From an uncultured Acidobacteriota bacterium (GTDB lineage: Bacteria > Acidobacteriota > UBA6911 > RPQK01 > CBDAPI01): a stretch of DNA of 64,000 bases. Positions 38,952-51,543 of the stretch are shown here, piece by piece. The stretch spans positions 12,313-76,312 of the forward strand of contig CAZMUJ010000071.1 of the NCBI GenBank assembly GCA_964569605.1. Direction: 5' to 3'. A program made the translations under genes and the position numbers. The number at the start of each line of letters is the position of its first letter. Position 1 is the first letter of the stretch. Below the pieces are notes generated by a model, which was not told where the DNA came from, did no database searches, and worked only from the letters and a program-made list of their open reading frames with translations.

Positions 38952-40408
38952 TGCGTAACCCTCATCGCCAATTCCAACACAGGGGTTGGGTAGAGCCCTA
39001 GAAGAAGGCTTGCTGCAGCACTAATGGTTAGAGGTACAACCATCCAAGGAACTTCGTGAATCTCTTCGTTGGTCTTTTGAGCCCGTTCAAAATATGCTTT
39101 GTAAACAACAGGCCCAAGATAAGCTGCATTGAGAAACGAGCTTACTAGGAGTATCGCTAGCAGCGGGAAACTTTGCAACTCAATTGCTCCAAGAGCCAGG
39201 TACCATTTCGAAATACCCCCAGAAGTTCCTGGTATTCCTATTACACTTAGTGAGGCAATCGCAAAGGCTGCCATTGTCCACGGCATACGCCTTGCCAAGC
39301 CAGACATTTGACTAATTTCTGTTTTATGCGTTGACACATAAATAGAACCTGCACATAAGAAAAGTGTGATCTTAGATACAGCATGATTAGTGATGTGAGC
39401 AACCCCACCCAAAATCCCGCTATAATTCAGAAGTGCTGCGCCCAAAATTATGTAAGAAAGTTGGCTCACAGTGGAAAAAGCTAGCCTTGCCTTAAGGTTG
39501 TCTTGGCTAAGAGCCAGGATCGAACCAAATAGTATAGTTATAGCTGCAGCGCCCAGCGCAAGTTGGTCCGCTTTGATTTCACGCATTGCGTCAGAACCAA
39601 AAACAAACAAAAACACACGCAGCGTGGCAAACACACCGGTTTTGACTACGGCAACAGCATGCAACAATGCACTTACCGGGGTAGGTGCGACCATGGCGGC
39701 AGGCAACCAGCTATGCAAGGGGAAAAGTGCATTCTTAGCAAATCCAAACAGGAACAAACCAAAGATCAGAAAGAGGAGAAGTGGATAGGATGCAATATCA
39801 TTAGCGTTTAGCATCCCACCTTTTTGAAACTCAAGAGTTCCGGTAACATTGTAGATCAGTACAATGGCAGCTATGAGAAAAAGCTTGGCCGTCCCCAAAA
39901 GATAAATAACATACTTGCGGGCGCCCGACCTGGCCTCAGCCGTTTCCTTATGACTCACCAAGGGATAGGTGACCAAGGTTAACGCCTCATAAAAGAGAAA
40001 CAGCGTGAAAAGATTCTTTGAGAAGGCGACTCCTATGGTTGCGGCAAGAGCCAGGGCAAAGCAAGAAAAGTAACGAGTTTGTGCATGCTCTTCAAGAGAA
40101 CGCATGTACCCGATTGAGTAAAACGAGGTAAGAATCCACAACACCGTAGCTCCAGATGCAAAGAGAAGCCCAAAAGCATCCACGCGAAAAGCTAGTTCGA
40201 TTCCAGGCAAAAGTTTGAAGAGCAAAAATTCCGGCATATTACCTACGAGAACCGCTGGGATCATACTAGCCACTAATGCAACCATTGATACGCCGGCAGC
40301 AATAGACCAGAACTCTCTAAGGTTTGGTCTGGACTTGCCTGTGCACGCAATCAATAGGGCGCCAGCAGCAGCAACTAAAATCACGAGAAGAGGAGTAATC
40401 GTATTCAC
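38948..40408 (-). CDS. additional antiporter-like subunit (NuoL/MrpD-type core, no long C-terminal helix)
   Basis: 486-aa protein with a FYEAL block and the motif WLPAAMVAPTPVSALLHAVAVVKTG (Asp of WLPDA replaced by Ala). It is the fourth antiporter-like ORF in the cluster. Confidence 0.7.
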   Translation of the reverse strand: MNTITPLLVILVAAAGALLIACTGKSRPNLREFWSIAAGVSMVALVASMIPAVLVGNMPEFLLFKLLPGIELAFRVDAFGLLFASGATVLWILTSFYSIGYMRSLEEHAQTRYFSCFALALAATIGVAFSKNLFTLFLFYEALTLVTYPLVSHKETAEARSGARKYVIYLLGTAKLFLIAAIVLIYNVTGTLEFQKGGMLNANDIASYPLLLFLIFGLFLFGFAKNALFPLHSWLPAAMVAPTPVSALLHAVAVVKTGVFATLRVFLFVFGSDAMREIKADQLALGAAAITILFGSILALSQDNLKARLAFSTVSQLSYIILGAALLNYSGILGGVAHITNHAVSKITLFLCAGSIYVSTHKTEISQMSGLARRMPWTMAAFAIASLSVIGIPGTSGGISKWYLALGAIELQSFPLLAILLVSSFLNAAYLGPVVYKAYFERAQKTNEEIHEVPWMVVPLTISAAASLLLGLYPTPVLELAMRVTQ

Positions 40409-40433
40409 AATTTTTTCTTCACTTCTATTTCTG

Positions 40434-40742
40434 TCACCATTTAAGGTCAGTCAAATCGGCCACACTTGCCCCAGGGTTGTTTCTATTCAAAGCTATCACT
40501 AACCCTAGTCCAACCCCCACCTCTGCTGCCGCCACTGCAATAACAAAAAGGGCCAAAATCTGCCCTCTTGGATCATTAAGATGACAACTGAATCCAGCAA
40601 GACTAAGGTTTACCGCATTTAACATAATTTCAACTGAAATCAACATAAGGATAAGGTTGCGACGGGCCAGAAACCCAAACACACCTACACCAAAAAGGAT
40701 CGCACTAAGGGCTAGTACTGTTCCCAAAGGAACTATCATCAC
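40434..40742 (-). CDS. nuoK: NADH-quinone oxidoreductase subunit K
   Basis: 102-aa three-TM protein with conserved Glu positions (SVEIM, AAAEVG). Confidence 0.85.
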   Translation of the reverse strand: MMIVPLGTVLALSAILFGVGVFGFLARRNLILMLISVEIMLNAVNLSLAGFSCHLNDPRGQILALFVIAVAAAEVGVGLGLVIALNRNNPGASVADLTDLKW

Positions 40743-41287
40743 TCAGTCCTCCTCTTGGCAAGAATAACTGCACTAACAATGGCAGCTAAGAGGATTAGAG
40801 AAGTTATCTCAAAAGGAAGTGCAAAAGGACCAAAAAGAGCAAGGCCTGTTTCTGAAAGACTACCTAAGGACGATCCCTGCTCCAAGGAGGAGAGCCGATT
40901 TTCCACAACGACTTGAGGGGAACTATTTTCAACCGGGTCAAATGTCTCAATCAAGGATAGCCAAGCTAGAGCTCCAAATCCTAAACTCCCAAGAATAGCG
41001 AAAGGCCAATGACGCCCATACTTTGACTGAGCTCCCTCACCGGATAAATCAAGTAGCATCAAAACAAAAAGGTAAAAAATCAAGATAGCCCCAGCGTAAA
41101 CAATCACTTGAACTGCCGCCAGAAACTCTGCTCTTAATAAAAGAAAAAGGCCCGCTATATGCAAGAAGAGCGCCAGAACCCAGAGCATACTGTGGACAGG
41201 GTTCTTACGAGTTACAGCCAAAATGGCACTAGTGACACTACCAAGCGCCAAATAATAAAAGGCAATCTGTGCAGTAAAAAAGATCAT
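40739..41287 (-). CDS. nuoJ: NADH-quinone oxidoreductase subunit J
   Basis: 182-aa protein with NuoJ motifs (NPVHSML, VIVYAGAILIF); 4-nt overlap with nuoK. Confidence 0.85.
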   Translation of the reverse strand: MIFFTAQIAFYYLALGSVTSAILAVTRKNPVHSMLWVLALFLHIAGLFLLLRAEFLAAVQVIVYAGAILIFYLFVLMLLDLSGEGAQSKYGRHWPFAILGSLGFGALAWLSLIETFDPVENSSPQVVVENRLSSLEQGSSLGSLSETGLALFGPFALPFEITSLILLAAIVSAVILAKRRTE

Positions 41288-41851
41288 GAATTACTAAGAC
41301 TTAGAGTAAGCGATAATAAATCTTTAGGCACCATTTTAGGATTCCAAGATTGAAAAACGCTGGCCATGATCTCATTAAACACTCATAGGAGCTAGTATTC
41401 AATTTCAATTATAGATTGATTGATGTCTTTTAATTTAAAAAAGGGACTCCGTGTGACTCGGAATCACGCCTTGGATGCCCAAAGATCCTGCAAAATTTTA
41501 ACCTAATAAAGACTAACAATTCTGTTAAAGTGACTTAAACATGGAATTCAAAATAACCTCACAGAAACCTGAATAAAATTTCAAAGTTGGGAAAATGGAT
41601 GTATGTAATGCCTGAACCTTTCTCCGCTTCTGGGGCACACATGGCCCAATGAAAACCTTAAGCTTTGATTTGATCGTAAACGATGCAGATTCCTCTCTCA
41701 TATCTGGGACTAGTAAAGAAAACTTGTCTAAGGTAGAAAATGGAAAGCAACGTACTTAAACACACAAGCCAGACAAGAATCGACAGAAGCACTTGAACTG
41801 TTATATTACCATCTTTAGTCCATCTTCCATTGCAGCGATCAAGTAATTGAA
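41288..41851. promoter_or_regulatory. long intergenic region upstream of nuoJ (nuo promoter region), divergent from the lipoprotein gene
   Basis: 564 bp with no ORF of at least 60 aa. It lies upstream of the first gene of the 15-gene nuo cluster. Confidence 0.3.
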
Positions 41852-42349
41852 ATGAAATTGAGAATTAGCCTAATTGCAATAAGTTTCGTTCTTAGCTGTT
41901 GTTTGAAGACCGGACAGGATCCACCTCGCTCTCTTGAATTTACACTCAACAATCTTGCCTGGCTAGAAGGCTTATGGACAGGAGTGGGATTTGAGGGAAC
42001 TGTAGAAGAATACTGGAGCGCACCAGCAGGAAAATCCATTACAAGCATGGTTCGAATTGTAGTAGCCGGTCAGACTCGTGTAATTGAGTTACGTATGCTG
42101 CGCGAAGACTCCCAAGGCGTTATTTTAACCCTGAAGCGCTTCACCCACACACTACAACCTTGGGAGCAGGCTCCTCTTGAATACCGACTAGTAGGATTAA
42201 GTCGGTCGAAGGCCGTTTTTGACTGTAGTACGGCCCAGGAGAACTTACCCGACAAAATTATCTATTTACTTGCCAAAGGAAAATTGACAATTGAATGGCA
42301 ATCAAGCGGGAAAAAGACTACAAAACTCAACCTTGCAAAGGCAGGGTGA
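41852..42349 (+). CDS. hypothetical lipoprotein
   Basis: Lipobox VLSCC after the signal peptide. 165 aa; no family recognised. Confidence 0.4.
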   Translation: MKLRISLIAISFVLSCCLKTGQDPPRSLEFTLNNLAWLEGLWTGVGFEGTVEEYWSAPAGKSITSMVRIVVAGQTRVIELRMLREDSQGVILTLKRFTHTLQPWEQAPLEYRLVGLSRSKAVFDCSTAQENLPDKIIYLLAKGKLTIEWQSSGKKTTKLNLAKAG

Positions 42350-42396
42350 GTCATCCTGGGAAAATTGCGGAACTGAATCCCCTGAAACAAGACTAG

Positions 42397-42603
42397 CTAT
42401 CTTCGAAATGAAAAAGAAGGGCGAGTCCTTTTGCGGGCCCGCTTTCGGGCCAGTGCTTGCTTGAGGCGCTTTCGATCTCCAGGCTTCAAATAAAAGGTGT
42501 GCTTCTTAATATCCTTAATGATGTCTTCTTGTTGTACCTTACGCTTAAAGCGACGCAAGGCGCTTTCCAGGGATTCCCCTTCTTGTATTTTTACGTATGC
42601 CAA
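42397..42603 (-). CDS. rpsU: 30S ribosomal protein S21
   Basis: 68-aa basic protein MAYVKIQEGESLESALRRFKRKV ... RKRARKRTR. Confidence 0.85.
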   Translation of the reverse strand: MAYVKIQEGESLESALRRFKRKVQQEDIIKDIKKHTFYLKPGDRKRLKQALARKRARKRTRPSFSFRR

Positions 42604-42682
42604 AACCGAAAACGCTTCCTTCCTTATTTTTCCCCTTCACAGATCATCTATTAGAGAGAGGGAAGGGGATTATACCACTAGA

Positions 42683-43150
42683 TTATTCAATCATGGAATC
42701 TATGAATGAATCGAGCGCTTTTTGACCGCTTTTATCAAGAGCGCGCAGATTCTGAGGGTTAGAATAAATTCCCCGCACAACGGTTACAAGAGCCGCCTTT
42801 AACTTGTTAGCGTCTTTTTTAGAAACGATAGTCGGTGAAATGGTAAGGCCATTGGCTTTTGTGAGAACATCAGGCGGATTTTTCACATACCTCCTGATTC
42901 TTCCAATGGCTTGATCAAGGTCGGGACTTCCCTCTCCCAATACCTCCAAACTCTTATTCTCTTCAAACCAAGTGAGGACTTCAAAAGCCTCAGGATATGA
43001 ATGTTTCAGTACAGGGAGAAAATCAGCCCAATCCGTTTCCTTGCTCTGTAGTTGCCCTTGTCTCTGACCATACCAGCGAAGCAAAACGCCCAAGATCAGC
43101 ACAACTACAAATACAAAAGGCAAAACTATCGTTATATTCCAGTTTATCAT
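42683..43150 (-). CDS. hypothetical membrane-anchored protein
   Basis: Single N-terminal TM followed by a soluble domain. No family recognised. Confidence 0.35.
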   Translation of the reverse strand: MINWNITIVLPFVFVVVLILGVLLRWYGQRQGQLQSKETDWADFLPVLKHSYPEAFEVLTWFEENKSLEVLGEGSPDLDQAIGRIRRYVKNPPDVLTKANGLTISPTIVSKKDANKLKAALVTVVRGIYSNPQNLRALDKSGQKALDSFIDSMIE

Positions 43151-43158
43151 TCGTTTAA

Positions 43159-43956
43159 TTAGAATTGTCTTTGCTTGATTTTCATTACTAGCTGGGTCTT
43201 GTCCTTTCCTGAAAGCTCGGCTGGCATAATTTTTTCGGCAACATCTAGTGCCAACGAATATTCCCCCAATAATTCATAACAATTAATAAGACCAAGCTTC
43301 GCCTGGAGACGAAAGTTAGAACTCTGAGATTCCCGAACTACCATATTGAAATGCTCAATCGATTTGTCGTAATGATTAGTCAAAGACAGAATCACTCCCA
43401 TTCGAAGACGTACTTGAGCCTTGACTTCCTGTAAAGGATTTAGCTCCAGTAGATTGTTGAAGATCGCCAAGGCGGACACAAACTTCTTCTGTTTAAACAG
43501 AACATTTCCGATTGCAAACAATGCTTTCCTGGATTGCTCTGATCCCGAATCAATTTCAAGGTAGTCGTACCTGAGCTGGTTTGCCTTTTCTAACTCACGC
43601 ATGTCTACTTCATAGATGTCAGCAATTTTCAACATTGCTTTAGCTGCAAGTTCATTCCCCTGACACGAATTCAGAAGACTATCAAATAGACTCAAAGATT
43701 TGCCCGTGTTTCCGATCTCTGAATACTCGATCAAGGCCATTTCCCAAATTGACTGGCAGGAAGCAGGTGTGCCAGGATAATCTGTCACGATACGATCATA
43801 CAGAGCTAGGGCATCCATGATTTTTCCCGTTTTTTCAAAAGACTGAGCTTTTAAGAATAACTTCTCAGGATGGGCCTCCCGTTGGTTAGTCACCAAGACA
43901 GCCCAGGCAAGCATCAAAAGTGGCAGTCCGAAAACTCCACGATTAACAAGTCTCAT
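43159..43956 (-). CDS. TPR-repeat protein
   Basis: Signal peptide plus TPR-like repeats. Its stop overlaps the gyrA end by 4 nt. Confidence 0.5.
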   Translation of the reverse strand: MRLVNRGVFGLPLLMLAWAVLVTNQREAHPEKLFLKAQSFEKTGKIMDALALYDRIVTDYPGTPASCQSIWEMALIEYSEIGNTGKSLSLFDSLLNSCQGNELAAKAMLKIADIYEVDMRELEKANQLRYDYLEIDSGSEQSRKALFAIGNVLFKQKKFVSALAIFNNLLELNPLQEVKAQVRLRMGVILSLTNHYDKSIEHFNMVVRESQSSNFRLQAKLGLINCYELLGEYSLALDVAEKIMPAELSGKDKTQLVMKIKQRQF

Positions 43957-46451
43957 TCTTCGCTCTCTTCAGAGAGTTTTTCTTCGCTCTCTTCAGAGAG
44001 TTTTTCTTCGTGAGCTTCCTCACTGGAAGAAATTAGGCTCACGTCTGCAACTCGGTCTTTTTTGCCCAGTTCAATTAGTTTCACTCCCTGGGCACTGCGA
44101 GACAGTGTCAACCGAATCTGATCGACTGGAAGACGAATTAGTTTGCCGTTTTTGGTAATTATCATAATATCGGACTCGTCATCGGTTAGAAACGAGGTGA
44201 TAACATTTCCGTTTCTTTCTGAGGTCCGAATATTGATTACGCCCTGACCTCCACGGCCTTGTCTTCGATATTTATCTATAGGAGTTCTTTTCCCGAATCC
44301 ATATTCTGTAACAGCCAAAAGGTCCTTGCGTTCTGGGTCGACTATTTCCATACCGATTAACTGATCTCCCTGTCGAAGTCTGATCCCTCGGACACCTCGA
44401 GCCGTGCGACCCATGGTTCGAACCTGTTCTGAATTAAATCGGATGGCCTTTCCCTTCTCAGAAAACAGCATAATATCCCGCTCATCTTCAGCAAGAGCAA
44501 CACTCATGACTTCATCTCCCTTATCGACCCCACAGGCAATAATCCCGGAAGAACGAGGGTGAGAATAAGCCTTCAATGGAGTTTTCTTTACATAACCTTT
44601 GAGAGAAGCTGTTACCACTTGCAACGGACCTTCAAAATCATGGACATTCAATATATCGGCAACTCGATCATCGGGATCAATATCAATCAGATTAACGATC
44701 GGTTTTCCTTTTCCTGTTGTCCCAACTTCGGGAATCTTCCAGGCCTTAAGCCAATGAAGCTTTCCGCGGATGGTAAAGATAAGCATATAACTGTGAGTCG
44801 AGGCAACGAAGAGATCGGCGATACTGTCTTCCTCCGTTCTCGTGGACATCCCAATACGTCCTTTTCCACCACGATGCTGGCTCTTGTATGTTTTCAAGGA
44901 AGTTCGTTTGATGTAACCGTTACGACTGGCAGTGATCACCATTTGCTCTTCAGCAATCAAGTCTTCCATGGAAAGATCAATTTGTGTATCCACGATCTCA
45001 GTTCGACGAGGGCTCTTGAAATCATCTTTAATCTTTATTAATTCATCACGAATAACGTCTCGGAGCGCTGAATCTTTTTCGAGAATCTTACGAAGCTGGG
45101 AAATTGTCTTTTGGAGGCGACTGGACTCCTGCTCAATCTTCTCTCGCTCTAGTCCTGTCAGCCGTTGTAACCGCATCTCTAAGATAGCTTTTGCCTGGAC
45201 TTCAGTTAAATTGAACTTCTGGATGAGCTCCTTTTTTGCTTCGATTGGATCCTGGGCCTTTCGTATGAGTTCTATTATCTGGTCAAGGTGGCTGAGAGCA
45301 ATCCGCAGACCATCTAAAAGATGGGCTTGTTTTTCCGCCTTGGCCAGTTCAAAAGCCGTGCGACGCCTTACAACGTTTTTTCTGTGTTGCAGGAAATGAT
45401 TAATGACTTCTATAAGGGAAAGTACTCTGGGGCGGCCTTCAACAATGGCAAGCATAATAATGCCGAAGGAAGACTGAAGTGATGTTGCTTTGTAGAGAGA
45501 GTTTAGGACAATTTGAGGATGTTCTCCTCGCTTTAATTCAATAACCACACGCATGCCACGACGATCACTTTCATCCCTCAAATCACTGATACCTTGGATC
45601 TTTTTTTGATTCACAAGCTGAGCTATTTTTTCTACCAACCTAGCCTTATTTACCTGATATGGAAGCTCGTAAATAATTATTGATTCTCGATCCTTTCCTA
45701 GTGGCTCAAATTCGGTCCGGGCCCTCATGTGAATAATTCCTCGTCCCGTCTGATAAGCACTATGGATTCCTTGCCGGCCATAAATAAAAGCACCGGTAGG
45801 AAAATCAGGACCGGGAATCAGATCAAGGACTTCTGACATAGAAACATTGTCCCTATCAAGCATAAGAAGCGCTGCATCTACAACTTCGCTTAAATTGTGA
45901 GGTGGTATGTTGGTAGCCATACCGACAGCAATGCCAGAAGTTCCATTAACTAAGAGGTTCGGAAACCGCGCAGGTAATACAGTCGGCTCACTCAAAGATT
46001 CATCATAGTTGGGAACAAAGTCGACCGTATTTTTGTCAATGTCAGCCATGAGCGTGGCAGAAATTTTTGCCATTCGGACTTCTGTGTACCGCATGGCAGC
46101 CGGGGAATCTCCATCGATGGAGCCGAAATTTCCCTGACCGTCCACAAGGATCTCTCGCATAGAAAAACCCTGTGCCATTCGGACCATGGTTTCGTAGACA
46201 GCAGAATCGCCGTGAGGGTGATATTTTCCAATCACGTCCCCAACGATCCGTGCCGATTTTTTGTGAGCACGGTTAGATGTATTAGACAGCTCTTGCATAG
46301 AATAAAGAATTCTTCTATGCACCGGCTTGAGACCATCCCTTATGTCAGGCAGGGCCCTTCCGATGATCACGGACATTGCGTAATCCAAGTAGGATGAACG
46401 CATTTCGTCTTCAATGTTGACCGGTAATTCGTTTGCTTTGGGTTCAGTCAT
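43953..46451 (-). CDS. gyrA: DNA gyrase subunit A
   Basis: N-terminus [32 protein letters not shown] includes the active-site Tyr region. 832 aa, ending in an acidic repeat tail. Confidence 0.95.
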   Translation of the reverse strand: MTEPKANELPVNIEDEMRSSYLDYAMSVIIGRALPDIRDGLKPVHRRILYSMQELSNTSNRAHKKSARIVGDVIGKYHPHGDSAVYETMVRMAQGFSMREILVDGQGNFGSIDGDSPAAMRYTEVRMAKISATLMADIDKNTVDFVPNYDESLSEPTVLPARFPNLLVNGTSGIAVGMATNIPPHNLSEVVDAALLMLDRDNVSMSEVLDLIPGPDFPTGAFIYGRQGIHSAYQTGRGIIHMRARTEFEPLGKDRESIIIYELPYQVNKARLVEKIAQLVNQKKIQGISDLRDESDRRGMRVVIELKRGEHPQIVLNSLYKATSLQSSFGIIMLAIVEGRPRVLSLIEVINHFLQHRKNVVRRRTAFELAKAEKQAHLLDGLRIALSHLDQIIELIRKAQDPIEAKKELIQKFNLTEVQAKAILEMRLQRLTGLEREKIEQESSRLQKTISQLRKILEKDSALRDVIRDELIKIKDDFKSPRRTEIVDTQIDLSMEDLIAEEQMVITASRNGYIKRTSLKTYKSQHRGGKGRIGMSTRTEEDSIADLFVASTHSYMLIFTIRGKLHWLKAWKIPEVGTTGKGKPIVNLIDIDPDDRVADILNVHDFEGPLQVVTASLKGYVKKTPLKAYSHPRSSGIIACGVDKGDEVMSVALAEDERDIMLFSEKGKAIRFNSEQVRTMGRTARGVRGIRLRQGDQLIGMEIVDPERKDLLAVTEYGFGKRTPIDKYRRQGRGGQGVINIRTSERNGNVITSFLTDDESDIMIITKNGKLIRLPVDQIRLTLSRSAQGVKLIELGKKDRVADVSLISSSEEAHEEKLSEESEEKLSEESEE
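43956..44010. repeat. 24-bp tandem direct repeat (about 2.3 copies) encoding the EEKLSEES acidic tail at the gyrA 3' end
   Basis: ttcttcgctctcttcagagagttt recurs at 43956 and 43980, with a partial third copy at 44004. Confidence 0.6.
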
Positions 46452-46484
46452 TCAACAACCCCAGAAGAATCTGGAGAAAAAGTA

Positions 46485-48923
<2,439 letters not shown>

Positions 48924-49044
48924 TCAAGAGTATTATATTTTAGCATAGACCCCCGGCTGGAAAGAGTCGATTCTTATTCAGAAAATTCCTACTAAACAAC
49001 TGAACTGTAAAGACTTTTGGATTTTTAAAAAGAAGTAGAAAATT

Positions 49045-50154
49045 TCAAATTTGCATTGGCATAACGATGTACCGGTAGGAGTACTCTTCCTCGTCAACCG
49101 GACTGAAAAGCCCTTGCGTTTCTCCGTCTTTAAGATGCAGAGAAACCTTTTCAGAATCAAGGACCGATAAAAAGTCCAATAAGTACCTTGCATTAAAGCA
49201 AATAGATAAGTTTTCACCCACAAAATCGACGGGCAAAGATTCCTTGGCCTCACCTTGATCGGCATTATTAGAAGACACATCTAGTTGGCCTTCACTCAGA
49301 TTTAGTTTTATCGCTCGCGATTGCTCGTCTGCCATGATTGAAACTCTTCTGAGGGTATCACTCAATTCTCCTGCAGAAATGAGAACTTGCTTGTCATTGT
49401 CAGCAGGAACTACCATTTCATAGTTGGGAAATTGGCCACTCAAAATCCTTGATATCAATAACCGTTCTCCAACTTGAAAAAGCAAATGGTTAGAGTCTTT
49501 CGAAAATTGAATTAGGTCATACCCGGAAGCCGCTAGCTTTACTAGTTCAACCAGCGTCTTTCTGGGGATTAGGCTTTTCTCTTCACCTTCAATCCCAGGA
49601 AGCTCCACAGGGGCTGAAATAAGCGCCAGTCTATGTCCATCTGTAGTGACTAAAGTCATCTGGTTTGCTTTTAGAATCATGAGGGACCCGTTAAGGGCAA
49701 AACGGGACTCCTCCTGAGTAATTGCAAACACACAACGGGAAATCATATAACGAAGCGAGTCTGCAGGAAGCTCAATTCTCTCACTATCCACTTTCGGCAC
49801 ATCCGGAAAATTTTCTTTTGAAAGTACGGCAACCTTAAATCTGGAACGCTCACATGTAATTGACACCCAGTCATCTCCACCAGCCATCTTGAAGTGGATT
49901 TCCGATTCTGGTAAAAGTCGCACTATGTCAAAAAGCTTGCGAGCAGAGAGGGTAACTGCCCCGGCTACTTTAACCGCTGCCGGACAACCACAACGTATCG
50001 TGACATCTAAATCTGTTCCAGTTATGGAAAGTGCATTTCCGGTTGTTTCTAAAAGAAGATTCGAGAGTATAGGTACGGTAGTTTTTTTCTCGACTACGCC
50101 TTGAACGTACTGGAGCTCCTTTAAAAGTTCACCTTTTTGGACCAAGAATTCCAT
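49045..50154 (-). CDS. dnaN: DNA polymerase III beta sliding clamp
   Basis: 369-aa protein starting MEFLVQKGELLKELQYVQGVV, with the three-domain clamp layout. Confidence 0.9.
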   Translation of the reverse strand: MEFLVQKGELLKELQYVQGVVEKKTTVPILSNLLLETTGNALSITGTDLDVTIRCGCPAAVKVAGAVTLSARKLFDIVRLLPESEIHFKMAGGDDWVSITCERSRFKVAVLSKENFPDVPKVDSERIELPADSLRYMISRCVFAITQEESRFALNGSLMILKANQMTLVTTDGHRLALISAPVELPGIEGEEKSLIPRKTLVELVKLAASGYDLIQFSKDSNHLLFQVGERLLISRILSGQFPNYEMVVPADNDKQVLISAGELSDTLRRVSIMADEQSRAIKLNLSEGQLDVSSNNADQGEAKESLPVDFVGENLSICFNARYLLDFLSVLDSEKVSLHLKDGETQGLFSPVDEEEYSYRYIVMPMQI

Positions 50155-50205
50155 TACTCATTCCCCCCGTTCGGATTTTGCCGTAAATGGACTACAGCGG
50201 AATAA

Positions 50206-51543
50206 TTATCGAATTAATTCCTTGAGTCTTTCCAGTAATAACTTCATGCGTGTGTCCTCTTTGGAAAGTCGTTCAATCTTCTTCACCGAGTGCAACACAG
50301 TAGTATGGTGTTTTCCCCCAAATGCTTTCCCAATCTGAGGTAAGGATTCTTTGGTTAGCTTTCTTGTCAAAAACATGGCAATTTGACGTGGCTCAGCAAT
50401 TCGACGTGAATTATTCTTCGTTCTCAGGTCAGTCGGACTTAGGGAAAAATGGTTCGCCACCACCCGTTGGACATCTTTTGCTGTAGTTATTCTAGCGTTT
50501 TGGTCTGCAATGTTTTTAAGCACTTTTTCGGCCAAGCCGAGGGTTATCTTTTCTCCGGTCAAGCTACTGAATGCCACCAGGCGAATTAGAGACCCTTCCA
50601 GTTCTCGAATGTTGGAACGAATATGCTGAGCGATAAAAAAAACCACCTCATCGGGAAGGTTGACTGCTTCCAGTTCTGCTTTCTTCTTTAGAATTGCCAC
50701 TTTGGTCTCGAGGTCTGGCAGCTGAATATCTGCAATCAATCCCCATTCAAAACGGCTGTGCAGGCGTTCCTCAAGTGTCGGGATCTGACGAGGCGCACAA
50801 TCACTGGAGATAACAATCTGTTTTTGGTTATCGTAAAGTTCGTTAAAGGTATGGAAAAACTCTTCTTGAGTTCTCTCTTTCCCCGCAAGAAATTCAATAT
50901 CATCCATTAACAAAACGTCAATATTGCGATACTTTTCACGAAATTGAATGGTCTTATCGTAACGGATTGAATTAATCAAATCATTCATAAAACGCTCAGA
51001 TGACATATAGGTGAGACGAACCTCTGGGGACTGAATCTTTAGGTAATGCCCAATTGCGTGCATTAAATGTGTCTTGCCCAAACCCACACCACCATAAAGA
51101 AACAGTGGATTGTAGGCTTTGGAAGGTTGTTCTGCTACTGCTAGGGCCGCTGCATGTGCAAACTGATTACTGGCACCCACGACGAAACGGTCAAACGTGT
51201 ACTTAGAGTTAAGATTGCATTGGCCTGCCTGAGGACAAGGACCCATTAGATTCAAAGTAGCTTGAGGGCTGACTTTACGATTAGAAATCTTGCCTGACTT
51301 AGCTACAATAAGTGACCAGGTCCACTTTCCTAGTCCGATGCTCCTAATAGCTTCATCAATTACACTCGCATAGTTTTCACGGATCCAATAACGAAAATAT
51401 TCATTAGGGACGCGCACTACTAACTTCTTTTCTGCCTCATTTTCTTCCTCGACAGCTGTTGGCCTAAACCAAATATCGAAGTTTTGTTTTGAAACCCTTG
51501 CCTCTATTGCAGAAAGAACAGCAGACCAGAACCGCATGCACAC
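50206..51543 (-). CDS. dnaA: chromosomal replication initiator DnaA
   Basis: AAA+ Walker A motif [10 protein letters not shown] and a C-terminal DNA-binding domain. Located upstream of dnaN. Confidence 0.95.
   Translation of the reverse strand: MCMRFWSAVLSAIEARVSKQNFDIWFRPTAVEEENEAEKKLVVRVPNEYFRYWIRENYASVIDEAIRSIGLGKWTWSLIVAKSGKISNRKVSPQATLNLMGPCPQAGQCNLNSKYTFDRFVVGASNQFAHAAALAVAEQPSKAYNPLFLYGGVGLGKTHLMHAIGHYLKIQSPEVRLTYMSSERFMNDLINSIRYDKTIQFREKYRNIDVLLMDDIEFLAGKERTQEEFFHTFNELYDNQKQIVISSDCAPRQIPTLEERLHSRFEWGLIADIQLPDLETKVAILKKKAELEAVNLPDEVVFFIAQHIRSNIRELEGSLIRLVAFSSLTGEKITLGLAEKVLKNIADQNARITTAKDVQRVVANHFSLSPTDLRTKNNSRRIAEPRQIAMFLTRKLTKESLPQIGKAFGGKHHTTVLHSVKKIERLSKEDTRMKLLLERLKELIR

Noticed and set aside
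43956-44010. Tandem repeat considered as a possible CRISPR or minisatellite
   Set aside because: Only about 2.3 copies, with no spacers, and it is in-frame coding sequence of the gyrA tail. It is not a CRISPR array.
44559-45399. Antisense ORFs of 155-160 aa inside gyrA (44559-45041 +, 44932-45399 +), and similar antisense ORFs inside gyrB, nuoEF, nuoG and rpsA
   Set aside because: They are entirely embedded opposite high-confidence conserved genes and have low-complexity Ser/Arg-rich translations. These are typical spurious antisense frames.
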